Positions 44,249 through 54,431 of a stretch of DNA of 64,000 bases are shown here, piece by piece. Position 1 is the stretch's first letter. Every line of letters begins with the position of its first letter. The notes below the pieces were generated by a model. The model did not search any database. It saw only the letters and a list, made by a program, of their open reading frames with translations, and was not told the origin of the DNA. This DNA comes from Candidatus Acidiferrales bacterium. Lineage in GTDB: Bacteria; Acidobacteriota; Terriglobia; Acidiferrales; UBA7541. A program made the position numbers and the translations under genes. Location of the stretch: positions 26,706 to 90,705 of the forward strand of contig DASPUN010000016.1 in the NCBI GenBank assembly GCA_035622875.1. Direction: 5' to 3'.

Positions 44249-45865
44249 CTACTGCGGAAGCGCTCCGACCGTAGGTTCGTCCAAAATGATAATTCTGCCG
44301 CCGGGCGCGCGCTCGAGTGCGGGCGCATAGTTGCCGAGGAGCTCGCGGCGCCACCACATTCCTGTTTCGCGTTTCGTCTTCATGTCCGTGAACCAATACT
44401 GATAGATCACCGCACGCACCTGAACCGGCGGCGCGCTCGGGAACGGATTTTGCGCGAACAGGGCCAGCACATCCCGATCGTTCGCCAGCAGCTGCTCTTC
44501 GGTCCAGATCACGAAGCGATACTCGGGCCACGTGCCGAGCGAGGCGAACCACAGGTTCCATTCGAACCGCGGCTGATAGGGCGCGTAAATTCCGGGGGCC
44601 TTGCTCGGATCTTGGGGCTTGTAACGAAACGGATAGGCTTTCCAATTTGTGCCATCGTCCGAACCTTGGAACTCGATTTCGTAGCGCGCGTGGGTCATGA
44701 CGGCAAAAAGTCCATACGCCGTCGCCAAATGATAAATCTCGAGTACGCGAACGGGCTTTTGCCAAAGTGGCGTTGTGGGCCAGATACGCCAAACGAGCCA
44801 CGCCGAAGTTGCATAAAAGACAAATGCGAAGCAAACACCTGCCGCCACCATGCGAGTGATTGCGAGAAGCTTTCGCCAATCCGCGCGCGTCTCTTCCTTG
44901 CCAGCGGCAGCCGCTGCGGCTTCTGCGGGGTGACGGTCGATGAGCTGCCGAATTCGAAGCGGGACAGCCCATTCGACGAAGCGGTCGTCGAGCAAGAGGA
45001 AGCCGAGAAAGAAAACGATGTAATTCAGAAACGCGTAATTCCCGGTAAGGATGATGCTGATTTCAAAAGGCGCGACAATCCAGAACATGGCGATGCGAAA
45101 TCGTCGCGGCAGAAACAGCATGAACACGAGGACGAGTTCGATCGCCAGCGTATAGAAAACGGCGGAGGCGTGGAACCAGTGAGGAAAGTGGCCGACGTAC
45201 CAGCCGATCCAGGTGGGCAGAGGCGCGTTCTGGTAGTAGTCGTCCATCGCGGTGAAATGGCGCCAGGAATAGTCGCCGCTCATCATTTTTGCCAGGCCGG
45301 ACTCGAAGTAGATGCGGAACCACTCCCAACGGAGAAGATACAAGCTGGCACGCGACGCCGGATGCGCGCGGGCCAGCCCCGGCCGGAAGCCCGCTGGAGC
45401 GAAAAACAACGCGACAAAGCCCGCTTCGGGCAGCATGTAATCCGACTGATACGAGGCGAAATCTCGTGCGACCGTCACGAACGAAAGAAAACAGATAAGG
45501 CAAAGAAAGAGATTGCCGCGCGGCCAGATATTCAGAACGACCAGGACCGAAGCGATGAGCCCGAGCCAGGTGACGATCATCAGCGCCTTGTCGCTCGAGC
45601 CGAGCCAGAAGAGCGAGGGCACGTAGAAGAATCGATAGCCGTGGAGGTTCGCGGCCAGAGCTTCCAAGTAGTCGTGCGCAGGGAGGATCCCTGCGGGTCC
45701 GATCATTCCGCGGATTTGAAACAAGAGGGAGTAGAACGCGGAAAAGTAGATCACACCCAGCGCGCGCAAGAAAATCCAGCGCGGCCAAAGATGTCCCGGA
45801 TGCTTCTCGTCGGCGATTTCGGGCCCGAGCAGCCAGTTGATCGATCGCTCCAGCCAGCTTTCCAT
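44249..45865 (-). CDS. lipase maturation factor (LMF1)-like / HTTM-like polytopic membrane protein
   Basis: 538 aa. RWIFLRALGVIYFSAFYSLLFQIRGMIGPAGILP N-terminus, many TM helices, then a soluble Trp-rich C-terminal region. Family recalled from memory, not searched. Confidence 0.55.
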   Translation of the reverse strand: MESWLERSINWLLGPEIADEKHPGHLWPRWIFLRALGVIYFSAFYSLLFQIRGMIGPAGILPAHDYLEALAANLHGYRFFYVPSLFWLGSSDKALMIVTWLGLIASVLVVLNIWPRGNLFLCLICFLSFVTVARDFASYQSDYMLPEAGFVALFFAPAGFRPGLARAHPASRASLYLLRWEWFRIYFESGLAKMMSGDYSWRHFTAMDDYYQNAPLPTWIGWYVGHFPHWFHASAVFYTLAIELVLVFMLFLPRRFRIAMFWIVAPFEISIILTGNYAFLNYIVFFLGFLLLDDRFVEWAVPLRIRQLIDRHPAEAAAAAAGKEETRADWRKLLAITRMVAAGVCFAFVFYATSAWLVWRIWPTTPLWQKPVRVLEIYHLATAYGLFAVMTHARYEIEFQGSDDGTNWKAYPFRYKPQDPSKAPGIYAPYQPRFEWNLWFASLGTWPEYRFVIWTEEQLLANDRDVLALFAQNPFPSAPPVQVRAVIYQYWFTDMKTKRETGMWWRRELLGNYAPALERAPGGRIIILDEPTVGALPQ

Positions 45866-45918
45866 GGCTCGCGATTATACAGACGCCGGGAACAAATTAT
45901 CTTTGGAATAGCGCCGAT

Positions 45919-48111
45919 CTAGGAGAGCGAGCCGGATTTTGCTTCCGAATCTTTCGGCGGGCGGAGCTTCATGAAGGAGGGAAGCGGTGGGACAGCTTCG
46001 AGAGTCTGGCGGCCCTCGACCCACTCAATCAGAAAATCCTGAACGTTGAAATGGTGGCCATTGCGCAAGCGGGCAAGTTCGCGCGCGGCGTGGAGGCGAA
46101 CGTATTCGCCCGTGGGCATCAGAATGCGCGTCTTGAGCGTATCGCCGAGATAGGGCGCAACGACTTCCGTGATCACCTGATTCGCAAGCACTGGATCTTT
46201 CAGGCGAAAGATGACTTCAACGCGTTCGTAGATATTGCGCTGCATCCAATCGGCGCTGCCGAGATAGACCTCCGTGTTGCCGCCGTTGCCAAAAACAAAG
46301 ACACGGCTGTGCTCGAGGAAGCGTCCGATCACGCTGCGAACGCGAATCCGGCTGCTCAGGCCGCGAACGCCGGGCCGCAACGCGCATGCTCCGCGCACGA
46401 ACAGTTCGATCTGGACGCCGGCTTGAGAGGCGCGGTACAGCGCATGAATGATCTTTTCGTCGAGCAGGGAATTGAATTTGGCGAAGATGAACGCCGGGCG
46501 CCCAGCCTTGGCGTGCATAGTCTCGCGTTCGATCAAACTCAGAAAATTCTTGCCGAGATTCAGCGGCGCGACGAAGAGCGGCGTGTACTGCTGGCGCTCG
46601 GAATAGGCCGTCAGATAGTTGAAGACGTGGTGCACGGCGGACGTGAGGTGCGGATCGCTCGTGAGAAGGCTGAGATCGGTGTAGAAGCGTGCGGTCGAAG
46701 GATTGTAGTTTCCCGTGCCGAGATGGGCGTAGCGGCGGATCTGACCGTCCGGCTCGCGGCGCGCAACAAGAGCGAGCTTGCAGTGCGTTTTCAGCCCGAC
46801 AACGCCGTGGAACACCTGCACGCCTGCCTCTTGCAGATTGCGGGCCCAGCGGATGTTGGAGGCTTCGTCGAAGCGCGCCTTCAATTCGACCACGACCGCG
46901 ACTTCCTTTTTCGCGGCAGCTTCGATCAGAGCGCGCACGATGGGCGAGTTTTCGCTGGTGCGATAAAGTGTCTGCTTGATCGAAAGCACATCGGGATCAT
47001 GCGCAGCGCTTTCGATGAAGCGAACGACGGCTGAATAGGAATCGTAGGGGTGATGCAGGAGGATGTTGCTCTTGCGCACCACTTCGAAGATCGACGACGA
47101 GCCGGGCTTCAGCGCCATTTCGCGCGGGCTGAAGGACGGATACTTCAAGTCGGGCCGCGGCGTTTGCTCGTAGAGATACATCAGCCGGGAAAGATTGATT
47201 GGACCGTTGACGTGATAGACCTGCTCCCCTTTGAGCCGGAAATTCGCCTGCAGGCGCTCGACGATTTCCGGTTTGGCGCTGGCCTCGATTTCCAGGCGAA
47301 CCGCCGAACCTTTGCGGCGGCGGTGCAAAAGCGTATCGACCTCTTCCAGGATGCTGCGCGATTCCTCTTCTTCGAGATAGAGGTTGCTATTGCGCGTGAC
47401 TCGGAAGGCGGCTGCCGATAGAACGTCGTAGCCGTGGTAGAGGCGCTCGGCAAAAGCGTGAACGACGTCGTGGAGGAAGATGTATTCCACCGAGCCCTCG
47501 GGTGAGGGAAGCCGAACCAGGCGGGGCAGGGCGCGAGGCACCGTAACGACACCCAGAAAGGTTTGCGCTCCGCGGCGCTTGCGCTTCAGCAGAAACGCCA
47601 GACAGAGCGCCTTATTGAGCACGTGCGGGAAGGGATGCGCAGGATCGACGGTGACAGGCGTGAGCAGAGGTTCGACGGATTTCGTGTAGAAGCTCTCGAT
47701 TTGCTCGCGCGCCTCGGGGCGCAATTGGCCAAGGCCGAGGACCCGAATCGACTCCTCTTCGAGCGCCGGAACAAGTTCTTTGCGCCAACAATCGTACTGA
47801 TCGTCGACGAAGGAGTGGATTTGTTTCGTCAGTTCGGCGAGGACTTCCTGAGGAGTGCGGCCGTCGGGGCCGGGTTCGCGATTGCCGTGCTCGACCAGTT
47901 GCATCAGGCCGGCCTGGCGGACTTCGACGAATTCATCGAGATTGCTTGCCGTAATCGCCAGAAACTTGACGCGCTCGAGCAGCGGGTTGTTCTGATCGCG
48001 GGCCTCTTCGAGGACGCGCTGGTTGAACTGCATCCAGGAAAAGTGGCGATTCAGGAACAGTTCGGGGTCCGGCGTGAAGCTCTTTCCCATACTTGGCTCT
48101 GAGGCGCGCAA
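45919..48111 (-). CDS. ppk1: polyphosphate kinase 1
   Basis: FLNRHFSWMQFNQRVLEEA N-terminus, autophosphorylated-His region KTHCKLALV, and two PLD-like C-terminal domains. ATG at 48090 is an alternative start. Confidence 0.9.
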   Translation of the reverse strand: MRASEPSMGKSFTPDPELFLNRHFSWMQFNQRVLEEARDQNNPLLERVKFLAITASNLDEFVEVRQAGLMQLVEHGNREPGPDGRTPQEVLAELTKQIHSFVDDQYDCWRKELVPALEEESIRVLGLGQLRPEAREQIESFYTKSVEPLLTPVTVDPAHPFPHVLNKALCLAFLLKRKRRGAQTFLGVVTVPRALPRLVRLPSPEGSVEYIFLHDVVHAFAERLYHGYDVLSAAAFRVTRNSNLYLEEEESRSILEEVDTLLHRRRKGSAVRLEIEASAKPEIVERLQANFRLKGEQVYHVNGPINLSRLMYLYEQTPRPDLKYPSFSPREMALKPGSSSIFEVVRKSNILLHHPYDSYSAVVRFIESAAHDPDVLSIKQTLYRTSENSPIVRALIEAAAKKEVAVVVELKARFDEASNIRWARNLQEAGVQVFHGVVGLKTHCKLALVARREPDGQIRRYAHLGTGNYNPSTARFYTDLSLLTSDPHLTSAVHHVFNYLTAYSERQQYTPLFVAPLNLGKNFLSLIERETMHAKAGRPAFIFAKFNSLLDEKIIHALYRASQAGVQIELFVRGACALRPGVRGLSSRIRVRSVIGRFLEHSRVFVFGNGGNTEVYLGSADWMQRNIYERVEVIFRLKDPVLANQVITEVVAPYLGDTLKTRILMPTGEYVRLHAARELARLRNGHHFNVQDFLIEWVEGRQTLEAVPPLPSFMKLRPPKDSEAKSGSLS

Positions 48112-48172
48112 GCGTATCCCTCGATTGTTACAACCGTGTTACGCCTATGTGCGTACCGGAGCCGAAAGCGCG

Positions 48173-48646
48173 CTATTGGGCCTGAGGATACGCGCTGGAC
48201 AACGAGCGGAGATACGCGATGACTGCCTGCGCGTCGGCATGGCTCATGTGGTAGATGTGCATGGGCGGCTGGATCGGCAGGCCGTTCGGTCCCACACCCT
48301 TTTCCAAGATATCTTCGCCTTGCTGTTCGGTGAAGCCTTCGAAGCCGGCGAGAGCGGGCGCGCGATTGGCCCAGTTCGTCATGGGATGGACCGGGACGAT
48401 CCAGATGGCAGCACCCTGAAGGCGGCGAGATTCGTCGATATTGCCATTGGCGTCGCGGGGAGTGTGGCACTCTTCGCACATGGCGACATTTTCGACGAGG
48501 TACTTACCGCGCTCGATCGCGCCGGGCTCCGCGGCGGCCTTTTGAGGCACCGCTGTGGGCATTTCACGCGAAAACAACCGCGAAGCGCCAAGGCCAGCCG
48601 CAAGGAAAATCACCGCACACAAAAGCCATCGGTAGATTGATTTCAT
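48173..48646 (-). CDS. c-type cytochrome (monohaem, secreted)
   Basis: Signal peptide MKSIYRWLLCAVIFLAAGLGA, single CxxCH motif (CEECH), and a candidate distal Met region PPMHIYHM. Confidence 0.7.
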   Translation of the reverse strand: MKSIYRWLLCAVIFLAAGLGASRLFSREMPTAVPQKAAAEPGAIERGKYLVENVAMCEECHTPRDANGNIDESRRLQGAAIWIVPVHPMTNWANRAPALAGFEGFTEQQGEDILEKGVGPNGLPIQPPMHIYHMSHADAQAVIAYLRSLSSAYPQAQ

Positions 48647-48743
48647 CGATTTTTATTCCTGAGTGATGAATTGCGGCCGCCCTCGAGCAAGCGAGAGTCT
48701 GCCGTTCGAACGGGAAAGTATCGCAAAGACCGAGATTGCATGT

Positions 48744-49988
48744 CTATTGTGTTTTTGAAATTTCGGGACGAGGCGATTGCCGCTCCGCGCGAAGCGACTC
48801 GGACGAATCACTCGCCGCTTCCGAAATTCGCAACAATGCCCAGCGCGCGTGCTCGGCGATGAGCGAATCGTCCGAAGCAGCTAAGGCGCTCAGCCGCTTC
48901 ACGAGGCGCGAGTAGACGGGAGAGTTTGGTCGCATTCCGGAATTGCCGAGGGCGACGCAGGTGTTGCGGACGAGGCCGCGCCATTTCGTCCGCTTCACGG
49001 CGCTGTGGCGGAAAACCGAGCTGAAATCTTCTTTCGTCAGAGAGGCGAGCCACTCAAGCTCGGGCACCAAAAGAGCATTTCCGGTATCGAGTTCGCGGGG
49101 TTGGAAGGCGCCAAGGGTCGTCAGAGGCGCTTTGCGATTCCACGGACAAACGTCCTGGCAGATGTCGCAGCCGATGACGGCGTTGCCCATTTGCGGGCGA
49201 AACTCTTCAGGGATTGCGCCGCGCAGCTCGATCGTCAGATAGGAAATGCAGCGGCGCGCGTCAAGAACGTACGGCTCGGGGAATGCCTGCGTAGGGCAGG
49301 CATCGAGGCAGCGCGTACAGGTCCCGCAGAGATCGGCTGGCGGCGCTTCCGCAGACGCTAGCGTAGGCGCAAGGGCGAGCGTCGTGATGATGACTCCTAA
49401 GAACAGCCAGGAACCGAGCCGCGAATTGATCAAGCACGTGTTTTTGCCGAGCCAGCCGAGGCCAGCGTATTTTGCAGCGACGCGCTCGACAATCGGGCCG
49501 GTGTCGACGTAGGCGCGCGCTTCGAACGGCGCCGGAAAACGCGCCCGCATTTCCGCAATAAGGGCGTCGAGTTTTTCCCGAACTTCCTCGTGATAGTCAT
49601 CGCCCCAAGCGTAGCGGGAGATCCATCCGTGAGGCGATTCGCTGCCCGAATTTGCTTGCGTGGCTGCAGCGTGGGGCGGCGCGTTGTAATTGAGCGCGAC
49701 GACAATCAGGCTGCGCGCGCCTTCGAGCACGCGCTGAGGCTTGGCGCGGCGCGGGTCGTGGAGATAGCGCATCTCGCCGGCGTATCCGCGGGCGAGCCAT
49801 TCGGGCAAATGTGCCAGCTCCGCGGACATTTTGCCGCCTCCTGACGCACAAGACTCCGCGTCGAGACTCACAAAGCCGCACAGATCGAAACCGAGGGCTA
49901 GCGCACGATCGCGAATCCAAGCGGTTTGTTCGGTGAGAGTCACACGTTGATCATGCCTCACCGACGCTTCGGAAGAAAGCACAGGCAC
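48744..49988 (-). CDS. queG: tRNA epoxyqueuosine(34) reductase
   Basis: Two 4Fe-4S motifs ([23 protein letters not shown]), the conserved [12 protein letters not shown] region, and a HEAT-like C-terminus. Confidence 0.85.
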   Translation of the reverse strand: MPVLSSEASVRHDQRVTLTEQTAWIRDRALALGFDLCGFVSLDAESCASGGGKMSAELAHLPEWLARGYAGEMRYLHDPRRAKPQRVLEGARSLIVVALNYNAPPHAAATQANSGSESPHGWISRYAWGDDYHEEVREKLDALIAEMRARFPAPFEARAYVDTGPIVERVAAKYAGLGWLGKNTCLINSRLGSWLFLGVIITTLALAPTLASAEAPPADLCGTCTRCLDACPTQAFPEPYVLDARRCISYLTIELRGAIPEEFRPQMGNAVIGCDICQDVCPWNRKAPLTTLGAFQPRELDTGNALLVPELEWLASLTKEDFSSVFRHSAVKRTKWRGLVRNTCVALGNSGMRPNSPVYSRLVKRLSALAASDDSLIAEHARWALLRISEAASDSSESLRAERQSPRPEISKTQ

Positions 49989-50071
49989 ATCGAAAATGCC
50001 GTGTTTTGCTTGTCACCGCAGTCCCGCATCTCATACAATCGCGGGCGCTTGTTTTGATACCGGAGAAATTT

Positions 50072-51070
50072 ATGAGCAAGCCGATCGCCGCAAAGATTAC
50101 GGGAGTAGCCGGATATCTTCCGCCGCGCGTCGTGACCAACGCCGACCTCGAGAAGATCGTCGATACGACCGACGAGTGGATCCGGACGCGAACCGGCATT
50201 CGCGAGCGGCGCTACGCCGATCCCGGCGTGGCATCATCGCACCTTGGTACAGAAGCGGCGAAGAAACTGCTCGCTGCAAAGCGCATTTCTGCGGACGAAA
50301 TCGACATGATCATCGTCGCGACGGTAACGCCAGACATGCTTTTTCCGGCCACGGCCTGTCTGATTCAGGACCGGCTCGGCGCGAGCAAGGCGTGGGGTTT
50401 CGACCTTTCGGCTGCCTGCTCTGGCTTTGCCTACGCGCTGACGGTGGGCGCACAATTCGTTGGAGCGGGATCGCACAAGAAGGTTCTGGTCATTGGCAGC
50501 GACGTGATGACGTCGATTATCGATTTCAAGGACCGAGCGACGTGTGTGCTGTTCGGCGATGCAGCCGGCGCCGTGCTCCTCGAGCGAGCGACGTCCGATT
50601 CCGAAGGCATCATCGATTTCGCGCATGACATTGACGGCTCGGGCGGGTGCAATCTCTATATGCCGGCCGGCGGCTCGCTGCACCCGGCCTCGTGCGAGAC
50701 GGTCGAGAAACGCATGCACTACGTGCACCAGGAGGGTCAGCAGGTATTCAAATACGCAGTGCGGCGGCAAGCAGAGTTGGCATGTCAGATGCTTGAACGG
50801 AATGGTTTGACGAGCCGCGACCTTGCGCTCGTGGTGCCGCACCAGGCCAACCTGCGCATCATTCGGGCTATGCAGGAACGGCTCGGGGTCGATGATTCAA
50901 AGGTGATGGTCAATATCGACCGCTACGGAAATACGACCGGCGCAACCATCCCGCTCGGACTGGTCGATGCCGTCGAACAGAAGCGTTTGCGAAAAGGCGA
51001 TCTCGTGCTGATCGTTGCGGTCGGCGCAGGTTATACGGCAGGGTCCATCCTCATGCGTTGGGCGTATTAG
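50072..51070 (+). CDS. fabH: beta-ketoacyl-ACP synthase III
   Basis: [20 protein letters not shown], active-site Cys in [19 protein letters not shown], and [13 protein letters not shown] 50072; the track extension has no FabH counterpart. Confidence 0.9.
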   Translation: MSKPIAAKITGVAGYLPPRVVTNADLEKIVDTTDEWIRTRTGIRERRYADPGVASSHLGTEAAKKLLAAKRISADEIDMIIVATVTPDMLFPATACLIQDRLGASKAWGFDLSAACSGFAYALTVGAQFVGAGSHKKVLVIGSDVMTSIIDFKDRATCVLFGDAAGAVLLERATSDSEGIIDFAHDIDGSGGCNLYMPAGGSLHPASCETVEKRMHYVHQEGQQVFKYAVRRQAELACQMLERNGLTSRDLALVVPHQANLRIIRAMQERLGVDDSKVMVNIDRYGNTTGATIPLGLVDAVEQKRLRKGDLVLIVAVGAGYTAGSILMRWAY

Positions 51071-51101
51071 CTGGGCGCCGTTCGCGCGGGACGTCAGAGC
51101 T

Positions 51102-53207
51102 TCAGTCCTCGTTACAAGTGCTCGCGCAATTCCCGAGGTAAATCAGCACAGGATTTGCGTCACCTGACGTCGTGCTGAGTATGACGATCTTCGTTGGTGA
51201 GACTACCAGGAAGTCGCCGCTGAAGGTTGCGGGTGCGGTCAACGTGACTATCCCGCTCCCAGTAGTTGAGGACAAGCTCGAGTAATTTCCCGTCACGGCC
51301 TGCGGTGCGGAATTTCCAGTCGACGCGCTGACAACCTCCGTGCCATTTATCGTGCCCGCCGTAGTGGAGGTGTTCGCCAACGCAACTTGGCCGGACAGAT
51401 CGGTCACTGGTGCTGTGGCAGGGGCGCCCGTACCTAGCGCAAAGTTCGTTTCGTTGAACTGCGACGCCGTGAATGGGCTTCCAGATTGCGGCTCGAGCAA
51501 CCCGAAGAACGGATCGTTCAGAATCTCTCCGATTGCGAAGGCCTCGTTCGCTCCTATGACGTAGAAGATCGGGGCAATCGGGGATGCGATCCCGGAATCG
51601 GTACGGCCAAAACTGTCGGTGGTCGTGAATTGCACGCCGGTTGGAGGCACTTGGCCGATCGTGCCTCCTCGGTTTTCAACCAGAGAAATTGTGTAATTAG
51701 GCGAAGACGTTCCCGCGATCCAGACTAGGGCCATGTCTGGGATGTACGTGTTTCCGGAGAGGAATTGTCCTGTCAACCCGCCGACACTCGTGCCGGTGAA
51801 ACTGCTTCCGGCAACTCCCTGGAATGGATAGCCGGACTGCAACAGTAGTTTGCCGGAGGTCAGGTACGGTTCCGATGCGCTCACCTGATCGGTTTCCACG
51901 ACGAAAGCTTCGGACGACGAAATCGGGTACACGGCGAAATTCAATGTTCCGATTTGCTCGGATAGCGACATAATGCACCGAGACGGCTGCGCGCTGGTTT
52001 GGTAATTCCCATTGAGGCTTTGATCTTGCGTAGTAACAAGACCCGGTGTGTTCGCGTCGGATTCACCTGGACCAAGTGTGCCAGCGCCCCCTGCCACCGG
52101 CGGAGTGGCGCCGACGCTGCCGACGATTACGACAGGCCCAGCGGGTGAAATTAGAGTCGAGATCGCTTCACCTGAAAGTCCAAATGCATACTGACCGCTC
52201 AGCGTGTTGGACGCGCACGCATTCACGGTCATTTTTTCAATCTGGCCTGAGCCCCGAATGCCACTCGAGTCATCTTCGATTATGCGTCCATGAGAGCCCG
52301 TTGAATCGATCGAAAAGGCGAAGGAGGGCGAGCCCGCAAGGCTCGTAAAGGTCAGAGTGCCGGTGTTGTTGTTTTGCAGGGTGAATGTTCCGGTAAAGTT
52401 CTGATTCTTCGGCGCTCCAGAAGTCGAATTGAAGTCCTCCACGCCATTCGTGAGGGTGACAACACCGTCCGCTGAAAAGCTGCCGGCAAGCGCAACAGCG
52501 CCGCCGGCGTTGAATCCGCTCAGCTCGAACACGTAATTGCCGTTGAGCAGGTTGGTGATCGTGATGCTGAGAGCCGTCGGAGGGTTCGTCGTCACCGGCG
52601 GCACCTCGGAGTCGGTCACCTGGACGGAGAAATTAAACGTCCCGGTCACAGTTGGTGTACCGCTAATAACCCCCGCGGGCGACAGCGACAAACCGGTTGG
52701 CAAGGTCGAGCCGTTTGCGAGTGACCACGCATATGGCGTCACGCCGCCGGTGGCCTGCAATTGCGTATCGGGATAGGCGACAAATTCCGTGCCCGGCGCA
52801 AGCGGAGACTTCGTAGTGATCTTCAACGTCTGCGGAGGGACGATCGTAATCGTGATGCTGTTCGTTTCCGAAGGTATTGCGATCGAAGTAGCTTGAATGG
52901 TGACGGTGAATTTGCTTGGAACAGTGACCGGCGATGTGTAGATCGCCTCAGTCAAGGTCGTCGTGAGAGTGCCAAAGTCTGCCGGCGGCGGGGTTGGCGG
53001 CATGAGAACCCATGTGACGCCGGCATTTGTCTCATCTTGCGGAACCTGAGCAGTGATCGTCACCTGAGTATTGGGACCCACTTGGCGCGAGGTCGCGCGC
53101 AGAATGACGGTATCAAAAAGCGGCGGAGTGCCGGTGCAGCTTGCCACTTGCAGGCAAGCGATCAGCAAGAAAAGAAATGCCAGGCACGACCCGGCGCGCT
53201 TCTGCAT
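51102..53207 (-). CDS. large secreted lipoprotein with Ig-like (He_PIG-type) and repeated beta-rich modules
   Basis: Lipoprotein signal LIACLQVASC. Putative Ig motif GGVTPYAWSL..LPTGLSLSPAGVISGTPTVTGTFNFSVQVTD. About three recurring GNY/GQY...LSG...F modules. Thr/Ser/Gly-rich. Confidence 0.55.
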   Translation of the reverse strand: MQKRAGSCLAFLFLLIACLQVASCTGTPPLFDTVILRATSRQVGPNTQVTITAQVPQDETNAGVTWVLMPPTPPPADFGTLTTTLTEAIYTSPVTVPSKFTVTIQATSIAIPSETNSITITIVPPQTLKITTKSPLAPGTEFVAYPDTQLQATGGVTPYAWSLANGSTLPTGLSLSPAGVISGTPTVTGTFNFSVQVTDSEVPPVTTNPPTALSITITNLLNGNYVFELSGFNAGGAVALAGSFSADGVVTLTNGVEDFNSTSGAPKNQNFTGTFTLQNNNTGTLTFTSLAGSPSFAFSIDSTGSHGRIIEDDSSGIRGSGQIEKMTVNACASNTLSGQYAFGLSGEAISTLISPAGPVVIVGSVGATPPVAGGAGTLGPGESDANTPGLVTTQDQSLNGNYQTSAQPSRCIMSLSEQIGTLNFAVYPISSSEAFVVETDQVSASEPYLTSGKLLLQSGYPFQGVAGSSFTGTSVGGLTGQFLSGNTYIPDMALVWIAGTSSPNYTISLVENRGGTIGQVPPTGVQFTTTDSFGRTDSGIASPIAPIFYVIGANEAFAIGEILNDPFFGLLEPQSGSPFTASQFNETNFALGTGAPATAPVTDLSGQVALANTSTTAGTINGTEVVSASTGNSAPQAVTGNYSSLSSTTGSGIVTLTAPATFSGDFLVVSPTKIVILSTTSGDANPVLIYLGNCASTCNED

Positions 53208-53452
53208 GGCGCCTCCTTCGATGGATGGACCCGGACAGCCCCGGAATTGCCCATTTCATTTAGACCACAAAATCAGTTGCTGCGGCGGGACAACTGCTCC
53301 AGCTATTGGCGTAACGTGCAACCGAGCAGATCGGCCAGGGCCGATGCGCTATGGACGCCCAACGGCCCCGCGAGCCTTCTTGGGGGAGTCGATTTCGGCC
53401 ATAATGTGGAGAGTCGGGCCGAAACAAAATCCACCGATAAGGGGCTAGACAC

Positions 53453-54403
53453 TTGCGCGCGGTGATCACGGGCGGGGCAGGTTTTCTCGGATCACATATC
53501 TGCGATCTCTTTGTCGAGAAAGGATGGGAGGTTCTGTGCCTCGATAACCTCGTCACCGGCGCCGATTCGAACGTATCGCATCTGCTCTCTCATCCCCGAT
53601 TCCAGTTCGCAAAACAGGATGTCTCGCAGTACATCGACGTGGCCGGGCCTGTGGACGCAGTTCTTCATTTTGCCTCACCGGCAAGCCCGCCTGACTATCT
53701 GAAGTTTCCGATTCAAACGCTGAAGGTCGGGGCGCTCGGGACGCACAATACTTTGGGCCTGGCCATGGCGAAGAAGGCGAAGTTCCTGCTGGCGTCGACA
53801 TCGGAGTGTTACGGCGATCCTGAAGTCAGTCCGCAGCCGGAGACCTACTGGGGACACGTGAATCCAATCGGACCGCGCGGAGTCTACGACGAAGCTAAGC
53901 GGTTCGCAGAAGCGATCACGATGGCCTACCACCGCTATCATCATGTCGACACGCGCATCGTGCGGATTTTCAACACCTATGGTCCGCGCATGCGCCTAAA
54001 CGACGGCCGCGCGCTGCCCAATTTTCTCTATCAGGCGCTCGTGGGCGAGCCGATCACCGTCTATGGCGACGGGAAACAGACCAGGAGCTTCTGTTACGTC
54101 TCGGATCTAATTGCGGGAATCTACAAGCTACTGGAATCGAACGAACACGAGCCGGTCAACATCGGCAATCCGCAGGAAATTACGATCCTCGAATTCGCCG
54201 AGCGCGTGCGCGCTCTGGTGGGAACGCAGGCCCCCATCGTCTTTCGACCGCTGCCACAGGACGATCCAAAACAGCGTTGCCCCGACATCACCAAAGCGCG
54301 GCGCATTCTGAATTGGGAGCCGAAAGTGGGCCTCGAAGAGGGATTGCGAAAAACCTACGAATTTTTCCGGCAGCAGGTCTCTTCAACTGGGAAACTAAAC
54401 TAA
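53453..54403 (+). CDS. UDP-glucuronate decarboxylase (UDP-xylose synthase), SDR family
   Basis: [15 protein letters not shown], catalytic YDEAKR, and overall UXS-like sequence ([20 protein letters not shown]). TTG start. Confidence 0.85.
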   Translation: MRAVITGGAGFLGSHICDLFVEKGWEVLCLDNLVTGADSNVSHLLSHPRFQFAKQDVSQYIDVAGPVDAVLHFASPASPPDYLKFPIQTLKVGALGTHNTLGLAMAKKAKFLLASTSECYGDPEVSPQPETYWGHVNPIGPRGVYDEAKRFAEAITMAYHRYHHVDTRIVRIFNTYGPRMRLNDGRALPNFLYQALVGEPITVYGDGKQTRSFCYVSDLIAGIYKLLESNEHEPVNIGNPQEITILEFAERVRALVGTQAPIVFRPLPQDDPKQRCPDITKARRILNWEPKVGLEEGLRKTYEFFRQQVSSTGKLN

Positions 54404-54431
54404 GACTCTCCGACAGGTAAAACCGCGGGGA

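Noticed and set aside
40689-45922. Very long plus-strand ORFs (486, 583 and 610 aa) opposite the HIBDH-like, rnr and LMF-like genes
   Set aside because: All are Arg/Ala/Ser-rich GC-shadow frames. The minus strand gives RNase R (RNB and S1 domains), a Rossmann reductase and a coherent polytopic membrane protein.
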